A stretch of DNA of 64,000 nt from Candidatus Hydrothermus pacificus (GCA_002011615.1 MTOH01000006.1:18036-82035); one strand, 5' to 3'. Shown: positions 20,492-30,458, numbered from the stretch's first letter. The notes: generated by a model not told the origin, from the sequence alone. Numbers and translations are program-made.

Positions 20492-21835
20492 TCACTCCTT
20501 CGAAATACCATATTTTTTCATTTTGTATCTTAAAACTCTTTCTGATATACCAAGTTTTTCAGCAGCCTTTGTCTGTATCCAATTGTTTTCCTCAAGAGTC
20601 TGAATTATCATTTCTTTTTCGATTTTTTCAAGGGTCTCAACCAATTTCCCGCTTTTTGAATATTCTCTTTTAAAATTTATAAAAGTGGGGAGGTGTTCTC
20701 TTTTTATATATTCACCTTCACATAAAACACAGGCTCTTTCAATTATGTTTTCAAGTTCTCTTACATTTCCAGGAAAATGGTATTTCATAAGTGACTTAAG
20801 AGCCTCATCGGTTATACCTTTTATCTCTTTACCTTCTCTTTTTGAATAAATTTTTATAAAATAGTCAACTAATAAGGGAATGTCCTCTTTTCTTTCCCTT
20901 AAAGGTGGAATGTGTATTCTAACCACATTTAATCTGTAATAAAGGTCCTCACGAAACTTTCCTCTTTTCATCTCTTCTTCAAGATTCTTGTTTGTTGCAC
21001 ATATAATTCTCACATCAACAGGTATCTCTTCATTTGAACCGAGCCTCGTTATCTTTTTTTCTTCTATAACCCTTAATAGTTTTACCTGGAGGGATAAAGG
21101 TAAGTCTCCTATCTCATCAAGAAAAATTGCTCCACCAGAGGCAAATTCAAATTTGCCTATTCTTTTCCTCTCGGCTCCTGTAAAGGCTCCTTTTTCATGA
21201 CCAAAAAGTTCTGCTTCAACCAGTGTTTCAGGTAATGAACTTATATGGACAGGGACAAATTTTTGATTTCTTCTTTTTGAAAGATAGTGTATAGCCCCTG
21301 CGATCAATTCTTTTCCTGTTCCGCTTTCGCCCGTTATAAGAACATTTGCATCACTTTTTGAGGCTTTGAAGACAATTCTCATAATTTCTTCCATTTTCCC
21401 TGAAGCATAAATCAATCTGTCATAGGAATATCTTTCCTTTAAGATTTCTTTTAATTTCTTAATCTCTTTTTTGAGATTCAGGTTCTCAATTGCCTTTTTT
21501 ATTAAAATTAAAAGTTCGTCGGAATTAATGGGTTTTGTCAGATAATAAAAGGCTCCTTCTCTCATTGCCTCTACTGCATTTTTTATATCACCAAAAGCTG
21601 TAATTATTATGATGGGAACAAGAGGATTAATTTCCTTCAGTTTCTTCAGAACTTTCATTCCGTTTATGTCAGGTAATTTCTGGTCAAGCAGAACAAGGTC
21701 AATATCTTCTTTTTTAAATTCTTCAATACCTTCCCCTCCCCTTTCTGATTCAAAAACATTGTAACCTTCTTTTTCTAGCAATTTTTTTAGAAGTATTCTC
21801 TGATTTCTCTCATCTTCCATAATAAGTATTTTCAT
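20492..21835 (-). CDS. Sigma54-dependent response regulator (NtrC/AtoC/ZraR family)
   Basis: Receiver domain (LLDQKLP), GESGTGKE, GAFTGA, FLDEIG, FREDLYYRLNV, PGNVRELEN, Fis-type HTH. Confidence 0.96.
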   Translation of the reverse strand: MKILIMEDERNQRILLKKLLEKEGYNVFESERGGEGIEEFKKEDIDLVLLDQKLPDINGMKVLKKLKEINPLVPIIIITAFGDIKNAVEAMREGAFYYLTKPINSDELLILIKKAIENLNLKKEIKKLKEILKERYSYDRLIYASGKMEEIMRIVFKASKSDANVLITGESGTGKELIAGAIHYLSKRRNQKFVPVHISSLPETLVEAELFGHEKGAFTGAERKRIGKFEFASGGAIFLDEIGDLPLSLQVKLLRVIEEKKITRLGSNEEIPVDVRIICATNKNLEEEMKRGKFREDLYYRLNVVRIHIPPLRERKEDIPLLVDYFIKIYSKREGKEIKGITDEALKSLMKYHFPGNVRELENIIERACVLCEGEYIKREHLPTFINFKREYSKSGKLVETLEKIEKEMIIQTLEENNWIQTKAAEKLGISERVLRYKMKKYGISKE

Positions 21836-23277
21836 TTTTCTTGTAAATAAACTTTAAAAATTTTTTCTCTTCCCTGATGAAGTTCTATTTTACCACCATG
21901 AATTTCCAGTATTTTCTTTGTAAGATAAAGACCGACCCCCATCTCATTTTTTGTGGAAAAAAAAGGTTCAAATATTTTTTTAACTTCTTCCTCAGGAATC
22001 TTTTCTCCGTTATCCATAAAGTTTATAATTTTAAATCCCCTTTTCTTCTCTATCCATATTTTTAAATTCTTTGCGTTAGCCTCAAAACTGTTTTTAATTA
22101 TATTATTAAAGGCAATAAAAAGTAAATCCCTGTCACCATAAACCGTTTCTTTTTCATTTATATTTAGAGAAATTGCAAGGTCTTTTAAATTTTCTTTTAA
22201 ATAGGTTATGGATTCACAGAGCAATTCCTTTAAATTTATTTTTTCTTTTTTTACTTCCATTTTTGTCAGCACTTTCATGGCGTCCATAATCTTTCTCATT
22301 CTTTCAACTTCTCCCTGAAGAATACCCTCACTTTCTTTTTCAAGGGTTTTTGAAAGCAGAGACAGGGTATTCAAAGAATTCCTTATTTCATGAGCAAAGC
22401 CAGAGGATATTGCACTTATCTCCTTTAAAGATTCTACTTCTTTTTCTTTTTTCAAACTTAGTTTCTCAAATTTTAAAATTCCATAAAATGCAAAAAATTC
22501 CAGAAATCCAAAGATGAAAATTAAAACAATAAATATAAAGGTATTTCTGGATTTGAAATTTCCAAGAGGTTCAAGGGAAAAACCTGCTATAAATCTTTTG
22601 TCTCCCAGATTTCTTTCAATATGGTATATTTTTCCTGCGGGAGTTTCAATAAAATAGGTGCCTTCACCTTTTAAAGGCAAAAAACTTTCATAAACTGAAG
22701 TGTATAAAACAGGATTTTCTTTTTTATCCAGCACAGAGAAATAAACCATTTCTGAAAAGGAAAAAAGATTATTTAAAGCCTCATAAATTTCAAGAAGGGA
22801 GCCCCCCTTTTCTTCTGAAAGAGCAAGAACATTAAGGGTATCGAGAAAAATGTTAACAAGAAGATATGGTTTATCGTCAATTGCAACAAGGGTATGCGTG
22901 CTTTTATTCTTTAAATTTTCTTCGTAAAAAGAATTTATCTCCTTTTCATATTTCTTTAAAAGGGTCTTTCCATTAATTTTATCTTTTTTTATAAACCAGA
23001 TTCCCTGAATAAGATTTTTCTCAAGAAAATCCTCAATTTTTTTATAGCTTTTAATTCCATAAAAAACTCTATCTTTAATTTCTTTTAATTTTAATTCCAC
23101 TAAATTTTTTTCTCCTTCTATATACTGGTTGATTAAAAGAGTAAGCAGATCAAAATTGTTGTGGAATTTTTCTTTATAAAGACTTTCAATATTTTTATTT
23201 GAAAAATACACGGCAGTAAAGAGAAATAGAGCAAAAAGCAGGAAAACTCCACCAAAAAAAATAACTCTTTTTTTCAT
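21832..23277 (-). CDS. Membrane sensor histidine kinase
   Basis: Two TM helices, FAHEIRNSL, NIIKNSFEA, IFEPFFSTK, GVGL. Confidence 0.92.
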   Translation of the reverse strand: MKKRVIFFGGVFLLFALFLFTAVYFSNKNIESLYKEKFHNNFDLLTLLINQYIEGEKNLVELKLKEIKDRVFYGIKSYKKIEDFLEKNLIQGIWFIKKDKINGKTLLKKYEKEINSFYEENLKNKSTHTLVAIDDKPYLLVNIFLDTLNVLALSEEKGGSLLEIYEALNNLFSFSEMVYFSVLDKKENPVLYTSVYESFLPLKGEGTYFIETPAGKIYHIERNLGDKRFIAGFSLEPLGNFKSRNTFIFIVLIFIFGFLEFFAFYGILKFEKLSLKKEKEVESLKEISAISSGFAHEIRNSLNTLSLLSKTLEKESEGILQGEVERMRKIMDAMKVLTKMEVKKEKINLKELLCESITYLKENLKDLAISLNINEKETVYGDRDLLFIAFNNIIKNSFEANAKNLKIWIEKKRGFKIINFMDNGEKIPEEEVKKIFEPFFSTKNEMGVGLYLTKKILEIHGGKIELHQGREKIFKVYLQEK

Positions 23278-23301
23278 TATTTCAATTATATGTTAATTTT
23301 T

Positions 23302-24303
23302 TTAAAAAATCAAGCCGGCCTTTATGTTTAAAGCATTCTTTGTATATTCAAATTCCGAAATATTTGAAAAATTGAGTGTGTTTTCAAATTTTATATTTAA
23401 AAATAGATTTTTATTTAAAAACTTTAAAAGAGAAAGAGAATTTTTAATTTCTCTGTCATTTCTTTCATCGTAGATGAAATTCTCCTTACAAAAGGAGGAG
23501 TTGAAGTAAATTTCCATAGCTTTTCTGATGAAGATTTTCCTGAATTCAACTCCTGCTTTTAACTTTTCCCTGATGAAAGCTTCCTCAAAAAAGGGATCCT
23601 GAGTATAGGGATTTTCTGGAAGAAAAATGATACCATCTGGGAAATTAAAAAATTCATATTCTAAAGATATAAAAAAAGAATGTTCAAAGTTTAAAGGAAA
23701 ATCAAAATTAACTCCTGCTTCATAAAAATAGAAATTTTTATCCAGAAAATCTTTGATGCCGTGGGATAAAAAGGGGATTAAAAAGAAGTAAGGCATTGGT
23801 ATCGAAATTGATGCTTTTGTAAAAAATCTTTGTTCATCAAGAGAATGAGAGATAAATTCTTTTCTGAAAAATTCCAGATTAACTGATAAAGGACACCTCT
23901 CTTTCAGATATACTTTGTAGAAATTTCCTGCTGAAACTTGGACGTGTCTGTAAATTTTATAAAAGGGTGTGTGAAATATATAAAAATTTGCATAGATTTT
24001 ATCTTTATTTCCAAAATTTTTAAAGGTAAATTTTTTGGCAACTTGAAGTAGATTTTCAAAAATCAGGGTTGAATCATCAAAATTTAGAAGGTAAAAATTC
24101 GTTTCATTTTCGAAAGAGAAAAATAAACTTTTATTTATATAACCTTCCAGGTTCAAAATGTTTCCATTTTCTTTTCTGTTTAAAAGGTAAAGGTTGTCAG
24201 TGAGTTCATATGAGAAAGAAAGGGCGGAAAAAGCATACAGATTTTTAAATAAAGGGAGGAGCAAAAGCGCCCCTCCCAATATATTCTTAAAATATCCTAC
24301 CAC
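23302..24303 (-). CDS. Putative outer-membrane beta-barrel protein
   Basis: Signal-peptide-like N-terminus, aromatic alternating strands, terminal Phe (LNIKAGLIF). GTG start overlaps the upstream stop and has a good RBS. Confidence 0.6.
   Translation of the reverse strand: MVGYFKNILGGALLLLPLFKNLYAFSALSFSYELTDNLYLLNRKENGNILNLEGYINKSLFFSFENETNFYLLNFDDSTLIFENLLQVAKKFTFKNFGNKDKIYANFYIFHTPFYKIYRHVQVSAGNFYKVYLKERCPLSVNLEFFRKEFISHSLDEQRFFTKASISIPMPYFFLIPFLSHGIKDFLDKNFYFYEAGVNFDFPLNFEHSFFISLEYEFFNFPDGIIFLPENPYTQDPFFEEAFIREKLKAGVEFRKIFIRKAMEIYFNSSFCKENFIYDERNDREIKNSLSLLKFLNKNLFLNIKFENTLNFSNISEFEYTKNALNIKAGLIF
24247..24277 (-). terminator. Terminator-like hairpin inside the 5' end of the beta-barrel CDS
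   Basis: GGGAGGGGC-gctttt-GCTCCTCCC-TTTATTT; 25/27 identical to the 15887-15913 hairpin. Confidence 0.65.
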
Positions 24304-25028
24304 CTTCCTTTACCTCCACCCATTCTTCTTCCAGGTTTCATCTGAGAAGGTCCAGGACCTTTCCTGCCACTCCACAGAGGAAATCCCTGCATATCCCTTA
24401 AAGTTATCTCTTCTTTTGTTTTCAGATTTCTCATTTCTCTTGCCATAATCATTTTTTCACCATCAAATCTTATTTCAGAGCCTCTTATTTCAAGTTCATC
24501 TCCTGGTTTTATTCTGTTTTGAAGATACCATGATGGAGCAAGCCTTACCCTCAAAATTTCACCATTTTGGAGTTTAACATTAGCCTCCATTAGAAGAGAA
24601 GGCGAGACAAGGTAAACCTCTTCAACCTTCCCTTTCACAGAAACCTCTGTCTGAGGATTATAAAAGCATCTTCTGGCACGTATTCTTGTTCTTATCCATA
24701 AAGGATTGTATGTTTCATCTCTTAATCTGAATCTAACATTGTTTTTAACCATTTCTTTCACCATAAAGACATTTCTGTAAGTATATTTTCCTGTAAGCGT
24801 TATCTTTTCACCTTGTTTAAAATCAGTATTCAAAAACCAGGAAGGTCCCAGATGTGCTGTAACCACTTCTCCCTTTTCTGTTCTCATGTCAATCGCAACC
24901 ACATTTACATTACCTGATGGTGAAAGAACCTCATATCTTTTCACCACCTCTCCTTTTATCTCCATCTCCTGCGAGGATAAACTGCTCATCCCCGCAAGGA
25001 GCATTGTCAGTGTTAAAAGTTGTTTCAT
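24297..25028 (-). CDS. Periplasmic protein with two tandem OB-fold-like repeats
   Basis: Signal peptide from ATG 25028 (RBS AGGAGG). Duplicated motif HLGPSWFL...GEKITLTG / RLAPSWYL...GDELEIRG and LRDETYNPLW / LRDMQGFPLW; Gly/Met/Arg-rich tail. Confidence 0.7.
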   Translation of the reverse strand: MKQLLTLTMLLAGMSSLSSQEMEIKGEVVKRYEVLSPSGNVNVVAIDMRTEKGEVVTAHLGPSWFLNTDFKQGEKITLTGKYTYRNVFMVKEMVKNNVRFRLRDETYNPLWIRTRIRARRCFYNPQTEVSVKGKVEEVYLVSPSLLMEANVKLQNGEILRVRLAPSWYLQNRIKPGDELEIRGSEIRFDGEKMIMAREMRNLKTKEEITLRDMQGFPLWSGRKGPGPSQMKPGRRMGGGKGRW

Positions 25029-25060
25029 TTTGCACCTCCTTTTCACCTGATTTATATATA

Positions 25061-25153
25061 TGAAATTTTTGTGCCAAACTTAAAAACTACTGATTACCAG
25101 TGATTTTTTAACTTCTATAAATCGACAATTTTTGAAACCCGACAGATTTGTCG
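25061..25153 (-). promoter_or_regulatory. Sigma54 (-24/-12) promoter with upstream activator palindrome
   Basis: TGGCAC-AAAAA-TTTCA at 25076-25061; perfect palindrome CGACA-gatt-TGTCG at 25140-25153 and a CGACA half-site at 25123. Confidence 0.7.
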
Positions 25154-25155
25154 AA

Positions 25156-26271
25156 CTAATTCAACCTTTTCATCAAGATAATTCCAGCAATTAAAGAAAT
25201 TATATTTGGAAACCATATTGAAATCCATGCATTTACCTTACCCGCATCAGCAAGTTCTTCTCCTCCTACAAGGCATATATAATAAAAGGTGAATATAAAA
25301 AGGCTTATACCGAATGCTGTTCCATATCCTCCTTTACCAAATCTTTTTGCTATGGGAATACCTATTAAAATGAATACTATGCTTGCAAAGGAGATTGCAA
25401 ATTTTTTGTGAAACTCTACCTCAAGTCTTTGAATCTGCAGTTTTATGTATTTGTTGTACTTCTCAACCTCTGCTTTTTTTCTAAATTTTTTTATATCTTT
25501 CAAAATCATATTGATGTTCATTTCTCTGTCGCTTCTTGATGTCCTTATTTTTCTGACATCCTCTTTTTCCAGCGGTATCTTCATGGTATATTTTCCGAAA
25601 TCTATTTTTCTTAAAATTTCTTTGTCCTTTCCTGTTTCCTGAATAAAACCTTTTTCAAGTTTAAGAACAAGAAACCTGTCTTTTTCTGAATAAATTTCCC
25701 CTTTATCCGCAACTATTATTCTGTAACCTTCTTTTGTTTTCTCGTTTATCTTCACATCTTTTATCTCGGATGTTTTTTCATCTTTTCTTGATATATATAT
25801 TTTATAGTTATCAATTTGATTGAATATGCCTTCTTTTAATTGAATTGTTGGTCGCGATTGATATATATCAAAGAGCAAATTTTTCAGCTTGTGATTGCTC
25901 TCCGGAACTGTGTAGGCATCAAAAAAGAACATTCCTGCAAAAAGCAGAATTGAGAAAATAAAAGGTCCTCTTGAAAGCCTGAAAAGAGAAATACCACAGG
26001 AAGAATAACCTATAAGCTCAAAGTCCTGAGCAAGCCTTCCATAAAGAGAAATGGACGCAACCAGGACAGCCATTGGAACTGTAAGGGCTATCATAAAGGG
26101 AAGTGAGAAACCTATAACCTTGAGAACCTCCATTCCTGGAACATTTTTTTTAATCAAAAGGTCTGCAATGTCAAATAATTTGTCAAGAAGTAAAATCATC
26201 AATAGAAAAAGATTTGCGCCGATAAAGCTGAGAAGAAAAGATTTTAGTATATGAAAATCTATTCTTTTAAT
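25156..26271 (-). CDS. LptF/LptG family LPS export permease
   Basis: PMAVLVAS...GRLAQDFEL...GISL, EFHKKFAISFAS, WFPNI. The frame is open upstream of the track start (26202) to IKRIDFHILKSFLLSF; probable ATT start at 26271. Confidence 0.88.
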   Translation of the reverse strand: MKRIDFHILKSFLLSFIGANLFLLMILLLDKLFDIADLLIKKNVPGMEVLKVIGFSLPFMIALTVPMAVLVASISLYGRLAQDFELIGYSSCGISLFRLSRGPFIFSILLFAGMFFFDAYTVPESNHKLKNLLFDIYQSRPTIQLKEGIFNQIDNYKIYISRKDEKTSEIKDVKINEKTKEGYRIIVADKGEIYSEKDRFLVLKLEKGFIQETGKDKEILRKIDFGKYTMKIPLEKEDVRKIRTSRSDREMNINMILKDIKKFRKKAEVEKYNKYIKLQIQRLEVEFHKKFAISFASIVFILIGIPIAKRFGKGGYGTAFGISLFIFTFYYICLVGGEELADAGKVNAWISIWFPNIISLIAGIILMKRLN

Positions 26272-27064
26272 AATAAAGTTCTTCTTCCACTGTTGCTATA
26301 ACAATATCAACCTTTGTGCCCTTTGGAACTTTTTTCCCTGCCCTCGGTGACTGGTCAATTATCATGTTCTCAGGGTGTTCTGTTGATAGAACTCTTTTTA
26401 CTTTACCTGCATCAAGCCCCCTTCTTTCCAGTAAACTCAGGGCTCCTGGAAAGTATTTCCCCACAAGATTGGGAACTATCACAAGGGAAGCACCTGAACT
26501 CACAAAAATTGTAATCGGTGTATTCTTTGCAACATTAGACCCCTCAGCAGGAAGGGTCTTGATCACATATCCCTTTGGTATTGAATCACTGTTTACCTTT
26601 TTTATTTCACCTATTACAAGTCCGGTATTGATTATCTGGTTCTGAGCAGCTGAAAGTTGAAGTCCTTTAACAAAGGGGATCTTTACCATCTCTTCCATTT
26701 TTTTCTCGCCCTCGCCTGCAATATATACATGTATTATTCCACCTTCAGGTAAAACAGAACCAGGAAGTGGCGACTGTCTCACAATTACTCCCTTTGGATA
26801 TTCACCTGACGGCTCTTCTCCATCCACAACAAGGAAAAGCCCCTTTTGTTCAACAGTCAATTTTGCCTGATTTGGATGAACACCCTTTAAATCAGGAACC
26901 TCTATTTTAGTCCTTGTCTCCTTCACCGCTTCCTTTGTTATACCCCAGCCCGCAGGAGGAGGTAGTTTTGGCATTATGAAAAAGTAAAACCCGAAACAGA
27001 TTATAACCGCAGAAAGAATGGACATAAAAAGAGAAATCCATATAACTTTTACTGCATCAATCAT
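26267..27064 (-). CDS. Membrane-anchored protein with three PASTA domains
   Basis: N-terminal TM; VPDLKG...GVIVRQSPLPG, IPFVKG...GYVIKTLPAEG, VPNLVG...IIDQSPRAG. Confidence 0.9.
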   Translation of the reverse strand: MIDAVKVIWISLFMSILSAVIICFGFYFFIMPKLPPPAGWGITKEAVKETRTKIEVPDLKGVHPNQAKLTVEQKGLFLVVDGEEPSGEYPKGVIVRQSPLPGSVLPEGGIIHVYIAGEGEKKMEEMVKIPFVKGLQLSAAQNQIINTGLVIGEIKKVNSDSIPKGYVIKTLPAEGSNVAKNTPITIFVSSGASLVIVPNLVGKYFPGALSLLERRGLDAGKVKRVLSTEHPENMIIDQSPRAGKKVPKGTKVDIVIATVEEELYY

Positions 27065-27094
27065 TTTCCTGCCTCCTGTAAAATTAAGCTAATA

Positions 27095-28369
27095 TTATAA
27101 ACTGATAACATCTTCAATTTCTATTTTTTCATCAGGAATACACATAGAAATACCCATTCTATCATTATCCATTATTTCATTCAATGTATCATTAACCTCT
27201 TTAATACTCAAATCCTTAACCTTTTGCATAACAGTGTCAACATCAATGTAATTTGATAAATAAATTTCAAGATTTGCAAGCCTTAAAAGCCTTGTTGATG
27301 TGTTTTCAAGGGAAATTGCAAGATTCCCCAGAGAAAAACTCTTTGCCCTTTCAAGTTCTTCTTCTTTAAGACCCTCCTCTTTAATTTTTCTTAATTCCTC
27401 CTGTATCACTTTAAATGTTTTTGAAAGATTTTTTAAGTCAACCGAAAAGGAAATTCCAAAAATACCTGTATCCGAATGGAAGTCAACAAAAGAAGAAATT
27501 GTGTATACAAGACCGAGTTCTTCCCTCAGTTTCTGGAAAAGCTTTGAACTCATATTCCCACCTATAACACTGTTTGAAATCATGAGGTGATATCTTCTCT
27601 CATCTGCAAAACCAAATGTTCTGAATGCAATCATACATTGAACCTGTCTTAAATGGGGGTAAATTTTCTTCCTCAGCAGGGGTTTTCTAAAGGGAAATGA
27701 TGTCCTTTCTTTAAGTTCATTTGCTTTCTTTAATTTGAAGTGGTCCTGGATGTGTTCAACAAACTTCTCATGCTCCACATCACCTGCAGCAATTATAACA
27801 AGATTTTCAGGCAAAAAAATACCTGACCAGTAATCCAGAATATTTTCCCTTTTGAATTTCTTTATACTTTCTTCTGTTCCAAGTATTTCTTTTGATAGAG
27901 GATGTCCGAAAAAAAGGGATTCATAAACCATTGAATGGAGATTTTCATCGGGATCATCCAGGAATTCCTTATATTCTTCTAAAACAACATTTCTTTCTTT
28001 TTCAATATCATCTTTTTTGAACAGGGGATGAGAAAATAAATCTCCTATCACATCAACTGCAATTTCAAGGTCTTCACCCGGTATTTTTGAGTAAACAGCC
28101 ATCATCTCCTTGGCAGTAAACGCATCAAGCATCCCACCTCTATCCTCAACTTCTTTTGAAATCTCATAAGGATTCCTGTTTTCTGTCCCTTTAAAAATCA
28201 TATGTTCAATAAAATGTGTTATACCTCCAAGGTTTTAAGGCTCGTCTCTTGTGCCTCTTAAAAGAAAAGCTCCCAGCGAAACACTTTTAAATCCAGGAAT
28301 TCTTTCAGAAACTATTTTTAAACCCGATGAAAGGATTGTTTTATTATAGAACCTGTTTTCTTTTCTCAA
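27095..28369 (-). pseudogene. M16 family zinc peptidase interrupted by one in-frame TAA at 28235-28237
   Basis: From TTG 28369: LRKENRFYNKTILSSGLKIVSERIPGFKSVSLGAFLLRGTRDEP*NLGGITHFIEHMIFKGT (HxxEH), continuing into ORF 27095..28201; canonical position after pnp. Confidence 0.85.
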
Positions 28370-30452
28370 CTTCTATTGACCCTTTTTCAATTGCTGCTTT
28401 TCTTGAAAGTTTTAATCTTCCCTGTTCATCAATTCCAAGAACCTTAACCATTATCTCATCACCTACTTTGACAATCTCGTCTGCTCTTTTAACTCTTTGT
28501 TTAGAGAGTTCTGAAACATGGACAAGTCCTGTTTTGCCGCGAGAAATTTCAACAAATGCACCATAGGGTGCAACCTTTACCACTTTACCCATGTAAACCT
28601 TACCTACTTCAATATCCTGAACTATCTCCTCAATTGTTTTTTTTGCCTCTTCAATATTCTCGTATTCTGAACCATAAATAGTAACCTTACCGGTTTCATC
28701 ATCAATATCTATTTTAACATCCGTTTTTTCAATAATCTTCCTGATAACTCTACCACCAGGACCTATAACTTCACCTATTCTCTCTCTGGGTATAAAAAAA
28801 GCGGTTACCTTTGGGGCAAACCTGGAAAGCTTTTTTCTTGGCCTTTCTATTGTTTTGTCCATTATGTCCAGTATAAAAAGCCTCGCATCCTTTGCTCTTT
28901 CAAGAGCCTCTTTGAATAAATTAAAGGGGAGCCCTTTTCTTTTTAAATCCAGTTGAATCGCGGTTATTCCTCTTCTTGTTCCTGCGACTTTAAAATCCAT
29001 ATCTCCAAAATGGTCTTCAGCACCTATAATATCTGTCAGCAGAATGTAATCATCTTTTTCCTCCATAAGCCCTATTGAAATTCCTGCAACCTGTGATTTA
29101 ATAGGAACACCTGCATCCATAAGAGAAAGCGATGCACCACAAACCGTCGCCATCGAAGAAGAACCGTTTGATTCAAGGATATCTGAAACCACCCTTATAG
29201 TATAGGGGAAATTATTCTCCATGGGGATTAACGGTTCAACCGCTCTTTCTGCCAGATTTCCATGCCCTATTTCTCTTCTGGAAGGCCCCCTTAAGGGCTT
29301 TATTTCTCCTGTTGAGAAAGGTGGAAAATTATAATGAAGCATAAATCTTTTTGTTTCTTCTCCTTCAAGTTCAGAGAGTCTTTGTTCGTCTTCCTTTGTT
29401 CCGAGAGTGGTAACAACAAGTGCCTGGGTTTGACCTCTTGTAAACAGTGCGGAGCCATGGGTTCTCGGCAATATTCCCACCTCACAACTAACAGTCCTTA
29501 TTTCTCTGTCTTTTCTTCCATCCATCCTGATTTTATCAGAGAGGGTTTTCTCTCTCACTATTTTTCTTTCTGTTTCATAAAGAACGTATAAAATCTGTTT
29601 TTCTTTTTCCGGAAAAATTTCTGAAAGGTTTTTGACAATCTTTTCTTCAGATTCTTTTAAAATCTTTTCCCTCATTGTTTTTTCGGGCATAAAAAGAGCA
29701 TCTTCAAGTTCTTCTCTATATTTTTTTATTTCCTCATATATCTCTTTTTCAGGAATTATTCTCTGCCCTTCTTTTTTTTCTTTGCCTATCTTATCCCTAA
29801 GGGTATTCTGAATTTTTATGATATCGTTTATATAAGGCATTGCAAACTCTATTGCATTGCACAAGATATCTTCTGTGACTTCCTTTCCCTGAAATTCAAT
29901 CATCACTATTTCATCATTTTTACCGGCAAGCAAAAGATTAAAATCACTTTTTTCAATCTCTGACCTTGATGGATTTATTACAAATTTTCCATCAATAAAC
30001 CCCACTCTTACAGCACCTATTGGACCTTCAAAAGGAATATCAGAAATTGTAAGGGCACAGGATGCGCCAAGGATGCCAAGCAAGTCTCCTTCCTGTTCCA
30101 TATCATAGGACAAAAGATAAATGATGACCTCTATGTCTTCAACAAAATTTTTGGGGAAATGAGGCCTTAACACCCTATCAACAGCTCTTCCATATATTAT
30201 CTCTCTATCTCTGGGCTTACCTTCTCTTTTGAAAAAACCGCCTGGAATTTTACCTGCAGCGTAGGTTTGCTCTCTATATTCCACAAGAAGTGGTAAAAAA
30301 TCTCTTTCTTCTTCTGATTCCTTAGAAACAACTGTGACAAGTATTACACTGTCACCATATTTCAGGATAACGCTTGAATCAGTTTGCTTTGCTATTTTAC
30401 CTGTTTCAAAAACAAGTTCTTTGTCATCTATTTTATACTTCGCAACTTCCAT
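28344..30452 (-). CDS. pnp: Polyribonucleotide nucleotidyltransferase
   Basis: AGKIPGGFFKREG, RTHGSALFTRGQTQ, RREIGHG, ESNGSSSMA, DMDFKVAGT, KH and S1 domains. Confidence 0.98.
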   Translation of the reverse strand: MEVAKYKIDDKELVFETGKIAKQTDSSVILKYGDSVILVTVVSKESEEERDFLPLLVEYREQTYAAGKIPGGFFKREGKPRDREIIYGRAVDRVLRPHFPKNFVEDIEVIIYLLSYDMEQEGDLLGILGASCALTISDIPFEGPIGAVRVGFIDGKFVINPSRSEIEKSDFNLLLAGKNDEIVMIEFQGKEVTEDILCNAIEFAMPYINDIIKIQNTLRDKIGKEKKEGQRIIPEKEIYEEIKKYREELEDALFMPEKTMREKILKESEEKIVKNLSEIFPEKEKQILYVLYETERKIVREKTLSDKIRMDGRKDREIRTVSCEVGILPRTHGSALFTRGQTQALVVTTLGTKEDEQRLSELEGEETKRFMLHYNFPPFSTGEIKPLRGPSRREIGHGNLAERAVEPLIPMENNFPYTIRVVSDILESNGSSSMATVCGASLSLMDAGVPIKSQVAGISIGLMEEKDDYILLTDIIGAEDHFGDMDFKVAGTRRGITAIQLDLKRKGLPFNLFKEALERAKDARLFILDIMDKTIERPRKKLSRFAPKVTAFFIPRERIGEVIGPGGRVIRKIIEKTDVKIDIDDETGKVTIYGSEYENIEEAKKTIEEIVQDIEVGKVYMGKVVKVAPYGAFVEISRGKTGLVHVSELSKQRVKRADEIVKVGDEIMVKVLGIDEQGRLKLSRKAAIEKGSIEVEKRKQVL

Positions 30453-30458
30453 AATCTA

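Noticed and set aside
17116-28237. Genome-wide stop codon reassignment or pyrrolysine/selenocysteine
   Set aside because: The two internal stops differ (TAG and TAA), both codons terminate conserved genes normally in this window, and no suppressor tRNA or pyl/sel genes are visible.
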